DNA from: Bugula neritina
Taxonomy: Eukaryota; Animalia; Bryozoa
Assembly: GCA_964035545.1 (NCBI GenBank)
Contig: OZ037766.1
Location: forward strand, 22,370,767-22,434,766
Direction of reading: 5' to 3'
DNA: 64,000 nt
Shown here: positions 50,801-62,418 of the stretch, piece by piece
Position numbering within the stretch: the first letter of the stretch is position 1
How the letters are laid out: each line of letters opens with the position of its first letter
Program-made: the position numbers and the translations under genes
The notes under the pieces: model-generated
What the model was told of the DNA's origin: nothing
Seen by the model: the letters and a program-made list of their open reading frames with translations, nothing else
The model's database searches: none

Positions 50801-53800
50801 GATGAGTTGAGCACTTCTAAGACATTTGCTCACTCAAAAGTTTTGTATTTAACATATACATGTGCAGTTGTCTAGCATTTGTGTGTGATGCTCATAAACA
50901 TTTAGTTGTAGAAAATAAAACAATGCATTAACCATACCTATTCTATTATATGCGTTTTCTTTGCTTAGGGAATCGCATTCATGAAAAGATAAACATTAAT
51001 TCTTTACGTAAAAACCTATATATTTAAAGAAAAAAGCTTGAAACTTAAAATACCAGTTCAATTCCAGCACTCCATGTTAGTACTATTTATAAACTTAAGC
51101 AAATACTTTTAAAATAATGCTAATTTCTAATCAGAAGCTGAAAAATGACAAAATGTTAGTTGTATAACTAATAGTTTTATGGTTTGCCAAAGCAAAAACC
51201 CCAGATTTTTTAGCCACAGACGTTTACAGATCTCATTGATTGCTCATTTATAGCAAAAGTACAAAAAACATGCAAAAAGATTGATTGCTTTAATTTTTTT
51301 TTAGAAACCAGGTAACTGAGCTAAAAATAACTCACCCTAATCTATTCACAGGTTGACCTAGACTCAGTAGAAGATGGAGGTCAGTTGGAAATGGCTCATC
51401 AAGTTGATGACTACTTTCGACAGAAGTTACTTTATAACAGAAACCAGATCATGGCTGAAAAAATAGAACAACTCCTGAATAACAATCCTAGTCAGAGTTT
51501 CTTTTTCGCTGTCGGTGCAGGTAACTTGCCAACCCTTACGTATTCTTTTCCTCGGGGTTCTCCACTATTGTCAAAATTTTCTTGTAATTAAATGGGAGTT
51601 TTTATATCTAAAAAAAATTACAACTTAAATTTTCATAAATTATTTTTTCAATTGCTTTATTTGATTTCTGTACAAAAGTTTAGCAGTCATTTAATTATTT
51701 GTTTACAATTTAGAGGGCCTGGTGTTGACCCCCAAACCAAATTACTTTTTTGTTGGATGTTTCTACCAAGTTGGTCGTTATAGTTGAGTGCTTTAAAGTC
51801 GAGGAAAAGTTGTTCAAATACCTCAAAAAGCCCCTTCAAAAATAATTTCAAAGAAAATCTACTTTCAAAATGTTTCAGACTGCTTTAGATACATAACTTA
51901 AATGTTATGCTCATTTGGAACTAGCCATACCTTATTTTGTCAGTTTATTCTTTTATAAAGTATGGCAATTTCTATTAGACACATCAGAAAACAAATTACA
52001 TTAAACTATTTTTAACTATATCAAGTGAACATACAAACAAAACTTTGCAGCCACCATTATATTGCATAGCATGGCTGTAATTAAACAGGTGTAGAGTTGT
52101 CTTTCTTCAACTAACTTGATTGCACCGGCAAAGGCAATTATAATTTTCTTAAGCAGAGTCTTGCATTATTTCATTGGGTGTGCTTGAATATACAGGTGGG
52201 GACGAAATTTGATTGTGTTCAGTTCCTTAATACTGTTTCAAGGTTCTGCTTAATTTATCAACTTGACAAATACTATTCTTCCTTTTTTATTTCTGAATCA
52301 TATGAGGGCATCACCCTTTACATTACTGTGAAACTGTTTTTAGGCCACTTTCTTGGAAACAATTCTGTGATTGACAAACTTATATTAAAGGACTTCCCTA
52401 TTAAACATACGAGACCTGAATCAATTATCCCAAGCCAGTAAGTGCAGTACACACACTTCATATAGCATATATACTATTCACAATGCCACATGTTGCGAGC
52501 TTGATACTTAAGTATTAATTCATAGCATGCCTGTCACAAGGACAAATAGTTAATAGCCAACTACAATAGCCTTCCATTTTACTTTACTTTTTTGTCCTTC
52601 ACCATGCACTGCATTTTAACAAAGCACCAGGTCATAGTTTTTCAACAGCTATGCAACATGTTGAACGTTTTTACATTCAGCAAAGATCTGATGACAAATC
52701 TACATTTTAGTACAACTAGTAACTGGCATACTTCCTTTTTCAAAATCATAGCTATGCCTCTCGCCAAAACTGTAGGTGTATTTTTATAGTGTCACTTTTT
52801 TGTGGTCATTAAAACAAAATTAATGAGTGTAATAATTATGTAATCACTTAGAGCTGGATTTAATGGTTATGGGGCATGCCAATGAAATAGTTTTTCTACA
52901 TGCCTTCTAACAGCTGTAATGTTTAGCCCAATATAATATACTGTGTTTAGCCTCTGATGTAGAAAACAGAATATTATATGCCTCAACATAGTTTGTCAAC
53001 AATATCTTACATTGAAGTATAAATAATATAACTCTCTTCTCAGTCTCCTAAAAGAGACAGTTTTATCAGATTAATATCAGCTTACGGCAAGCCATCAAGT
53101 TGACCTACTAACTGCATAGAGATTATTACTACTTCAGTTTTCTACTACTGCATTTACCTGAAATACCATATAATATGTTGAAGCTTACTTGCTTGCAAAA
53201 AAGTTATAACGGATATTTAAAAGAAGGTATTTGGTGTTGAAGTTGAAATTCAACTTTTTTGCATCTGAATTTTCTTTATGTTTGAATACTATACCATTAT
53301 CCAGATAAAATGCTTCTCACATTTTTCATACATACCAGAGAGTCATGTTTTTAAGATTCCACTATTTCACTTTTGAATTATTTGCGACTTGTCAGACAAA
53401 CAATATCGTTAATCAAGGTCATATCTAATAACATTATTCAACTTTTCAGAAATATAATACGCTTCAAAAAGTTATTTACTTTAAAGATTTCACTCTATAT
53501 GTGAATGGCATTTTTTAAATTGCGGTCTTCAGCATCTTAAATTTATCGGACAGCTGTCTAAGAAGTAATGCTTCAGGTGTTCTAGCTGCGAGAATGTTAG
53601 CTTACTGTTGATCGATACATAGTTTGGTATGAACAACAAAAACTTTTTAACAGCTAAATTTTGATAATATTAAGTAGTCCTATACTTGCTTTACAAATGA
53701 TGACGTTCTGCCTTGTAGATCAAATCACGATGCCAGATATCAACCAGCAGAGTTTAGTCAGCTGGATTCTTCAGCCATTATCAATCAACAATATATACAA

Positions 53801-55732
53801 ACTATAAAAAAATTAGATCAAGCTGCTACTATAAGGTAACACAGTCTAGGATAACAATTATTGTTTGTATATTAAACTTACAACTTATTTTGATGCGAAA
53901 AATGTTGTAAAGTGGGTGTGTGAAAGCATGTTTATAATTTATATATGCTTTTCTTGCTATTCTAATTTATTTATAAAACATGCTTTTAAAGTCGTCCAAT
54001 TGTCGGATTGGAACAACAAGTTTAAGTGTCAATAAAACTTTTCATGAAGAGCAACTGCTAAACTATGGAGTTGCTTTTCGTTATAAACTTTGGTGTCATC
54101 TAAGTTTTGGAATCTATTAATTATATCAGTAGCTCTGTGATGCCTCAACGCGCACTAGCAAAGGTGTGCCAATTTGCTGTAATCTGGGTTTAATTGATGA
54201 GCATAACGAATATATATTGCTAGCTTTCTGCATTCATACTTCAAAGTTGAGGCAGAGAAGTTTGGTTAACAAGTTTAATTAAATGGGAAGCCTCCGGAAT
54301 GAAAGCACAAAATACACTTTCCTAAACCTTAAGCAATTAGTTACAATGGTTTATCATAGTTACATTATAGTTCACTAGCTTCAACATTTCCCCACATCTA
54401 ATAGAGGTGGCTTGTTCATGGAGGTAACCAAATAGGTATTGAAGTATATAATTTGTTTATTTAGAGCCACTTTGTTGATATTTTTGGTCTAACTGATTAG
54501 TAATTGTGTTTCAAGTAAACCTATTGCTGTGTATGTATAGTTTTTACACTAGCTTTATAGACTTCATAGCCTACTTTGTCTATAATATCTAGTTAAAGAA
54601 TATGGCCTATATACTTATATTTATTACCTACAAATTTTGCATTGCTCAAACAAAATTAAAATTCATACTGTATAGTGCCCAACTAAATTTTGGTCTATCA
54701 TCAAATGTTTTTATGTCAAGTTTACCTTAGCATGTTAGCCAACAAGAAGTTTCAATTTTAGTAACATATTGGTTTATAACTCTTTATACATTTAAGTAGC
54801 TACTACATGTCGGTGTTTATTATAATTCATTCGATTATGATTGCAGAACTCGGCCAATTAGACATGGCAAGAAAAAACTCAAAAGAGATAAAATTAATGC
54901 CTTAAATAAACCTAAACAAACAACTCAAAAGCAAATAGGAAACTTTTCTGAGTTGTGGATTAGAGTCGAAGAAATACGGTAAGATGATGTCCCCGATTTA
55001 CAATATGCACATACAGCTTTTTAAATTAATGATAGGTATGTGGCATGAGCTTTATATATTAGCTAAATTTTACATGGGACTAGGACATATTAGACAATTA
55101 AATAATTTAAACCCTAAAATAAACAGGACAAATGTTTTCATGCAAAAGCCTACAACAGACTAAGTCAGTTGAGTTTGGAAACTTATAGTGTGTGTGTTAT
55201 GTGTGTGTGTGTGTTTTGTGTGTGTGTATGTGTGTGTTATGTGTAGCAGGCAAGAGATGGGTTTGAATGTTCTTTGGTTGTAGGTATTGGCTTGTAGATG
55301 AGTTTAAATTCAGATTAACTGAATGTCAATAAATAGAGCCACTTGCTAACCTTGTAAAGCTTTCATTAATCAGACTTATTCTTGGCTTAAGAGAGAATTT
55401 ACATAGTAATTATTCATGTGTGACGTCAAGAATGGTTATAGGTACGCATCAATATTTCAATAAAACAAATGATCACTTATAGCCCATGGATAAATTTCAC
55501 AGTAAATTTTTTCCCAATATTTCTTGTATACTGGCTTTTTTGTACGTTGTACTGAGAAATTTTGTTTTATAGGCAAGTCACAGATAATACTAAAAGTTTT
55601 ATACAAGGCTACAAAGAGGGACAACCAGCTCCCACCCTTAGTTGCAGCACTTCACTTAGTAGGTCCTCAGCTATTACAATGTTGACTAGCTTATTATTAA
55701 CTTCTATCCATTTATTAGCCTTTACACTATAG
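41898..55732 (+). CDS. TRABD2: Metalloprotease TIKI (TraB domain-containing protein 2; Wnt-inactivating protease family), about 502 aa, 9 exons
   Basis: Exons 41898-42017, 44302-44666, 45648-45855, 50355-50498, 51352-51520, 52344-52437, 53719-53835, 54847-54978, 55573-55732, all in phase. Signal peptide; [27 protein letters not shown]; YFELDL; KPVW; VLDLYL; QCEPLN; HYNCGDL; RNQIM; FFAVGAGHFLG; FSELWIR; hydrophobic C-terminal tail. Confidence 0.95.
45475..45630. repeat. Compound (CACACG)n / (CACACATGTA)n microsatellite just upstream of the TIKI exon 3 acceptor
   Basis: Directly visible. It explains the His/Thr- and Cys/Val-rich pseudo-ORFs. Confidence 0.95.
48629..48967. mobile_element. Old hAT-Charlie-like MITE in TIKI intron 3
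   Basis: Imperfect TIR: left CAGGGCTGTCTAAC, reverse complement of right CAGTGGTGTCCAGC. Subterminal GTGGCCC repeats at both ends. Degenerate 8-bp TSD CTCTAGCA / CCCTATAA, resembling the NTCTAGAN target. Confidence 0.7.
49680..49961. mobile_element. MITE (Mutator-like) with a G-rich core in TIKI intron 3
   Basis: Subterminal inverted motif GGTAAAAATGGCAC / GTGCCATTTTTACC, tandemly repeated on the right. Direct flanking repeat ACTTTAGTAT at 49670-49679 and 49962-49971 (8-10 bp TSD depending on the boundary). Internal GGGTTT/GGGGTT runs. Confidence 0.8.
55188..55244. repeat. Imperfect (GT)n microsatellite
   Basis: Directly visible. Confidence 0.85.
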
Positions 55733-57536
55733 TGATCTATATTACAGTAAAATATTTCATACTTTAAATCGATTTACTCAATGCAAAAACCTACAATACT
55801 TCATTTTGAAAGTTGCCCTCTCATGACAACTTTCTAGTTCAGTATAGTAATTATGGTACATTTTAGCACATTTGATTGAGATTGCTGTTTATATAGTTGG
55901 TTCTTAACAATAGGGCAACATTCTATTGTCTTACGTAATAAATATAAATTTGATGAATTGTACCAATGTTACCAATGAGATTGAAGTAAGACAATCAGAG
56001 AATTAATTATTAATCAGTGATTTTTCTACATATTACTGTATATAGTTATATAGTTGGTGTTAATTTCTTCACTTTTATATTGTAAATTAAAGTTATTTTT
56101 CAAGCAATTTCTTGAAATGAACGATCTCTTCGAGAACTGCTATTAGAGTTTTATCCGTGGATATGTTTATATTGTGCATAGTTTGTATAATAAGTATATT
56201 ATAACCACCAAACATTGTGGATATATTGCTATTGATATACTTGCAGATTATTTATAATTATTAGTCCTGTAAACAGAATTATTATTAGTTGAAACATTAT
56301 AAATCATGGTGCAATATTTTTTAAATTTTATTATGAAAAATATGTATTGTGTGTACTCTTAAATATTTTTTAAAATATATTATATTAATAATTCCTATGT
56401 TATTGACTTTTTTATATAGTTTACAGCCAACGTTGAAAACTTCAATATAATAAAGGATGCCTACCAATACGGACTATTTAATAAAATATTTTTATGAAGT
56501 GATATAATAAACTGATTACATGCTTCAATATAGTGTAAAGTAAGTGTGACACGAAATTATGCAAACTGTACAATATTTGTTGAGTTAGAGAAAACTTGTT
56601 GTGTGCTATGGTAGTATGATGATTGAACAACAATTTTGTCCTTTATCATACCCTCAATATATTAAATTTCACAAATTTAGGCTAAATGGACAAACAGAAA
56701 ATTTTACATTATCAATTTTATCAATTTTACATATGTAAGAATTTTTTCAAAATAAAGTAAAAAAGTATAAAGTTAGACAACTGACTGGGTAACGTCTGAT
56801 AAAGCAATACAGAATGAATTGGTGAGGCAATAACTCCAAATTTATTTAAATATTGTTCATATTCCACTTTTTATTTCTTGCTGTTATTAATATTTACAGT
56901 AGATACATTTGATTGAAATATAAATGCCACTAGTTATTTAAGTAAAGAATTGATCCATTTGTACTGCAATTTTACAGATCGCTAGATTAAAAAATATTTG
57001 ATTACATTTATGGTGAAGGCTAACCAGCAATTTGTTATATTATATTATATAAATAATGGCATATTATATATAAATTATATTTATTGCATGTAAAGCAAAT
57101 AATCAAGCAAGTTATTGTGATTTATAAATATCAAGGAAGCTTAAAGTTTAATTTTTCAAGTAAAAACAGTTGGTTTTGTCATATATCTGTAGCACATATT
57201 TTAGATCTTTATTCAGTAGATTTTTAACCTAGTTTTACCAATTTGCAGCATTATATCTATATCTTTTATAATTGGCAGATAATTAAAAAATGATTTATTT
57301 TTATTTAATCATCTCTTTTACATTCTAGTTATATTTATGTATAATGTATGTAAACAGTGCTGGGAAAACGAATAAAATATTTTTATATCATTTACTAAAT
57401 ATCAAGAAATATTTTCATACAGACAATGCAGTGAAAAACATGACATTTTGAATGCTGCTATAACACTTATGAATACACCCAATTCACACTATAATAATAT
57501 ATCCTACAAGTTATGAGTCATCAACACATATACTAT

Positions 57537-60097
57537 TTATTGAGAGTTATTCTCAGTGCTAGGCTGCGTTTCTCCAGTAGCCTCCATTTTGTCCGCCCAA
57601 AAATTGTCCACTTTGTTTCGAATATTCTCATTTTCTAACCGCCATTCTTTTTGCCATTGCCTGAGTTCTTGAATCTCGCTTTGTCTTCTCACTAAGAATC
57701 CTCTCCAATGAGATTGAATGACAAGGGCGGCTTCTTCATGTGTCCATATCAATGAAAGTGGTAGAGGTGGCCTTGGGCTATATGAAGTAAAATAAAATAA
57801 GCTGTCATGAGCAAAACGTAAAACTTAGAAAATTGAAGATGTATCCTTCACAAAACAACCTAATATCATAAAAATCAAACTAAATCAATATTCAAATATT
57901 TTAAATAACTTAAGCATTACATTAAAATGCTAAGACGATTGAACATAATATACAGGTTTTAGCAACAACACATTATAGAAGCAGTTCAACATCTCCATAG
58001 CCGTAAAACATTATGCTTTTTAAAATGAATGACATACTATTACTTCACACTTTATTTAAACAATAAAAAATTGACAAAATAATGTAAACAACGTTACAAC
58101 TGTGCTATACAGCACCTGTTATATTCTTTTAAGTTAATAAAATTTGAAGCAAACATATCTTTAGGTGATAGAGAAAAAATTATTTAGGAAAGCAGCCATG
58201 CAAGTGCATTTGAAAATTTTCTTTTACACAAATCACATAGTTAGCAATCAGGCAAGCATATTACAGATAGACCTGTTTACGCCTGTATAATATTTTGCTA
58301 TATAGTCTAAAGCAGCATAATCTTTGTAAATAACCTTTAGCCAAATACTACAATTTAACCATTAATATTTTTACAATTGAGCTGTTTGTTTATAGCAATC
58401 TATTTAGAGCAATTAGGAATATAAAAAACAATTGCCATTTAAACACAAGGTTTGATTTTCTTTGCAGACTATAATATGATAACGAGACAGCATAATGCAA
58501 TACTCTAGATGTAACAGCTCTGTATTTCCTAAAGTATGTTACTCACTGTTCTTTTAGGTGTTCTTTCACAAAGGGAATGTCAAACAATGTCATCTCTTTT
58601 CTCTCATCCGACTGGTGCCTCGAGTTATTTCTAAAAAAAATAATTTTAACAACTTGAAGAAAAAAAAATGCTGGAGCATGTACTAAAAGGTTCTTTTTCA
58701 AAAACATAATCACAAGTAAAATATAATAATTAACAACAATATAATTATAAGCATATGAGCTGATTGATCATTAAATCACATATCTTTTTATTCAATTTCT
58801 TGAACTTACTTGTAAAGATATTCTGTGATAAAATCTAATGCATTGAACTTAGTCCTCTTTCTCTCAAAACATTTTTCTTTTTTAGCCAAAATGAGCATTG
58901 CCTCCATTGCAGGTAGTAAGTGAGGAAAGACATAGTGTTCTAAATATACTCTTGGGGGACCTACAGATTATTAAATGTGATATAACTGGTATTATTGAAG
59001 AAAAACACATGAGACTGGCTAATGTTGGGCAAATTAAAACAGACGTTTAAGAAATTTTTTCAAATGCAATTGATTTAAATATATATATTCTTTGCTGTGT
59101 AAATAACTAACATCCTACAGCAAAAATAAATATTTTTAAAAATCAACTGTCTTGTTAGCATGCTTTTACTCAAACACACATCAATTTTATTAAAAAGAAT
59201 TGTAATAAGGTAACCGGAAAAGTTTTACGTAAAAGCCTAATTAGTGTTGTTTATTGGTTGCCTTACATTTGTCTCGGTTTGGTAGCTCCGGTTTAGTTTC
59301 TGTAGGTTGAACTTTAGTAGGTTCAACAAATGTGTGACCAACACAAGCTGGGTGTGAATGAGATGAATTGAATTCTGTATTTAAATCAACATCCACTGAG
59401 TTAATCTTTTCATGCATTTTTCCATAAAAAACCGGAGTGTGCTTGCCAGCATCATAATTTACAAATTCCACCTCTTTCTTTGTTTTGTCTTCAAAAGGTG
59501 GCCTTTTAGACTCATATTCTAACAATTACACATTAATAGCCATTGTATTACTAACTAATCGTAAAAGGAACTGCAGTATCTAACAATTTGAGCTAGATAT
59601 ATCAAAACATCCTAGTTGAAGGAGTATATCATGTCATGTAAGTAAAAAAATTAACAACTAACAAACTTAATTTATATTACTATGCAGATTTGCCAATAAC
59701 AAATGTTTATTACATTATGCTAAATTCTGCAACATATTCTAATTGCACACCACCAAATACTTTAAATTTATTCTTTTTTGCGACAACTTTGAGTTTTTAA
59801 AAAAAACATTTGTTCATTTGATGATCTTGTATCACAAAAATATTGTGCTATCACTCATAATATTAATAGTCAATAGTACAATTAATGCTCTTTTAATTTT
59901 ACCAGTTGCACATAAATATGGATAATTATATACTAATATATTATGTTTATATATTTGACAAGGGTGATGATAGCCAGATAGTAAGATTCATTTAAATCAT
60001 GGCTCTATGAATATATATAATAGCAAGTCAAAATTTCAATACCTCTGCATATCTCGTCCCATAGATTAGGTTCCGGAACTGTTGTGATTATCGACAT
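57537..60097 (-). CDS. IQCK: IQ domain-containing protein K, about 260 aa, 5 coding exons
   Basis: Exons 60097-60043, 59518-59267, 58960-58810, 58630-58547, 57777-57537, all in phase. Motifs NLWDEICREYE, PRVYLEHYVFPHLLPAM, KKEKCFERKRTKFNALDFITEYLY, DIPFV and PRPPLPLSLIWTHEEAALVIQSHWRGFLVR (IQ motif). Confidence 0.92.
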
Positions 60098-60659
60098 GCC
60101 TAGAAGTACAAAGCAATTCGAGTGATCATGCTAATATTTGAAACAATGGAATAAATAGTTAGAAATCAGAAATGTGAGACTAAAAGTTTAATACTACCAC
60201 TATGACTATTGTCTATTAGTATTACTATTCGTATCAGTATCATTAGCGGTATTACTCTTAGGTAGTTCACTAGTTGAATTTACAACAATTTTCTTTAAAA
60301 AAAGCTTGATTATATGGTAAGAATGAAAACATTTATATACCAAAAGTTATTTGCATAGTTCTAACAACTAAAGTTAATAAGTATAACTCAAGAATGTAAC
60401 AACTAGATAATAAAATATAAGCTGATAATTAAATTTAATTACTAAATGAAAAAGTAAATTAAAACTAGTTTAATTTAAATTACGATTTTTATTAGTATAA
60501 ACATAAAAGCATGGAAACAAGACCCTAGTTTTTACAAAATATATTTAAAAATATTTTTCTAAACTGTTGTTTAAATTTTCAATTTCCTCATTAATTTACG
60601 ACTATAGTATTTTAACAGGCCTCAAAATAAAATAATTTAATAGTCATAATGAAAAACTA

Positions 60660-60810
60660 AAGATAACAATGCTGGTGTGAATTTAGTTGCTAGGAGTAGG
60701 ATTACTTTATTAGCGTGTCCAATTAAAACACATGTGCGCAAAGGTCAAGGCTTATTTCAGAATTCGTATCCAGTTCGTAGCTCAAAATGATAGTTCGATA
60801 AACGTCGGTA
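60660..60810. promoter_or_regulatory. Probable bidirectional promoter core, IQCK / ANAPC13-CIR1
   Basis: CpG-containing island in AT-rich DNA between the divergent genes. RFX half-site GTTGCTAGG at 60686. Flanked by periodic A[C/G]T tracts like the other promoters. TSS not directly visible. Confidence 0.45.
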
Positions 60811-62152
60811 AACGACCATAGTCATAATGATAATGTGCTTGGAATAATTATTATCATAATGATACTTTGTTTTGTAAATGAATAGTAATGGTCATAGATT
60901 AAGATTATGAGTATCAATAGCAATATGATTATCGTAATGATGATTATAGTGATAGTCATAGTTGCGTTGTACTCTTACTGAAACCAAAGGCAAATGTCAA
61001 ACTGAGTAACTCAATCGGTCAATCACAATGTGAAACTGAAAATGAATGTGTTACCTGTTACTTGTTAGTGTTACGCGTTTGGCTTTACTTTACTTTAAGT
61101 TTTAGTTTAAGTTTAGGTTTAAAATTAGTTTAACTTTAAGTGAGTTTACACTTTACACTTACAGCTTGAGTTACAGTTTCACTTTCAGTTTGAGTTAGAG
61201 TTTCACTTACTGACTTAGTGTTAGTCATACTGATAGTCATAGTGATACTCACACCAGATAGTGAGATACTCATATTCATAATCACAGTGATAGTCATAGT
61301 CACCGTCACAGCGTTGCGCTTACACTAACACTTACTCTTAGTCTTACAGTTACTGTTAGTGTTGCACTTACTGCTACTCACTCAGCACTCTTGGACTCTG
61401 CGTCTTAAACTTATAGTAATAGTTACACTTATACAGTTATACTTATACAGTTAATGTTATACAGTTAATGTTATACTTATAGTAATGCTAAGTCTAATAC
61501 TAATACTAATGAGTAATGCAGTAATAGTAATGCTAATAGTAATAACATCATTGAAATTGACGAATTTAAATTTCACTAGTTACATTCAAAGTGAAGATGC
61601 CAGGCAAATTACTGTAAAGCTAAACGTAGCTGATGCCAGTCACAAGTCTTAGAATTAAATCTTCAACATGATTACAGAGTGACTTTAACTTAATATTTTA
61701 AATTATCACTAACATTGTCATTGTGATTGTCAGTAGTTTAAATAATAAGATATAAAACGTAGTAGTTATAGACGACTAAAGAATAAAATTTAGAGCAATG
61801 GTGAAATCAATGTAGGTTTATTATTTATAACCTATAAATATCAATGATCATTATATCTATAAGCATAATAGTGTTCATTAGATTAAATTTGTCATTGTTT
61901 TTTTTTCAGTAATGTTTATATTTTTTTCTTTTAATTTTAATATCTCTGTAATTAAAATTTACATTTATTTTAATTTTAGGTTGCTCTTAGGTTCAGACCC
62001 TACTAAATATAACAAGTAATACAGTTTTTATGTGTAAATTTATTGTCCAGGTAATTATATGTCTAAGCTAGGCTACAAAAACATTATTCACTGATTTCTT
62101 ACTTAATTATTTTACAGCAAGATTACTGAACAACCGATTAGACATTTTCACG

Positions 62153-62167
62153 ATGAGAAATGAGTGA
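62153..62167 (+). other. 4-codon upstream ORF (MRNE*) overlapping the ANAPC13 start codon out of frame
   Basis: ATG AGA AAT GAG TGA at 62153-62167. The ANAPC13 ATG is at 62160. Confidence 0.6.
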
Positions 62168-62393
62168 CAGCCAGTGCAGAAGTTTAAGACATCTAATCGA
62201 CATTGTAGATCCACGTTGGAAAAGTGAAACTTTGCCGTTTGAAGACATTGCTGTGCCCCACACTGAACTTCCTGACCCTGAGCCCGACTCAAACGGACAG
62301 CCAACCGAAACTCTTTCCGAGCAGGAAAGAAAGTGGTCAGATTTGGCTCTGCAACTACTTAATCAACACATCACATCTTCAACTTCTAATTAA
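62160..62393 (+). CDS. ANAPC13: Anaphase-promoting complex subunit 13, 77 aa, intronless ORF
   Basis: MSDSQCRSLRHLIDIVDPRWKSETLPFEDIAVPHTELPDPEPDSNGQPTETLSEQERKWSDLAL aligns end to end with APC13 (MDS...ILDLIDDAWREDKLPYEDVAIP..ELPEPEQDNG...EQEMKWTDLAL). Confidence 0.93.
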   Translation: MSDSQCRSLRHLIDIVDPRWKSETLPFEDIAVPHTELPDPEPDSNGQPTETLSEQERKWSDLALQLLNQHITSSTSN

Positions 62394-62418
62394 CTTGTGA
62401 ACTATACTTAAAGACACC

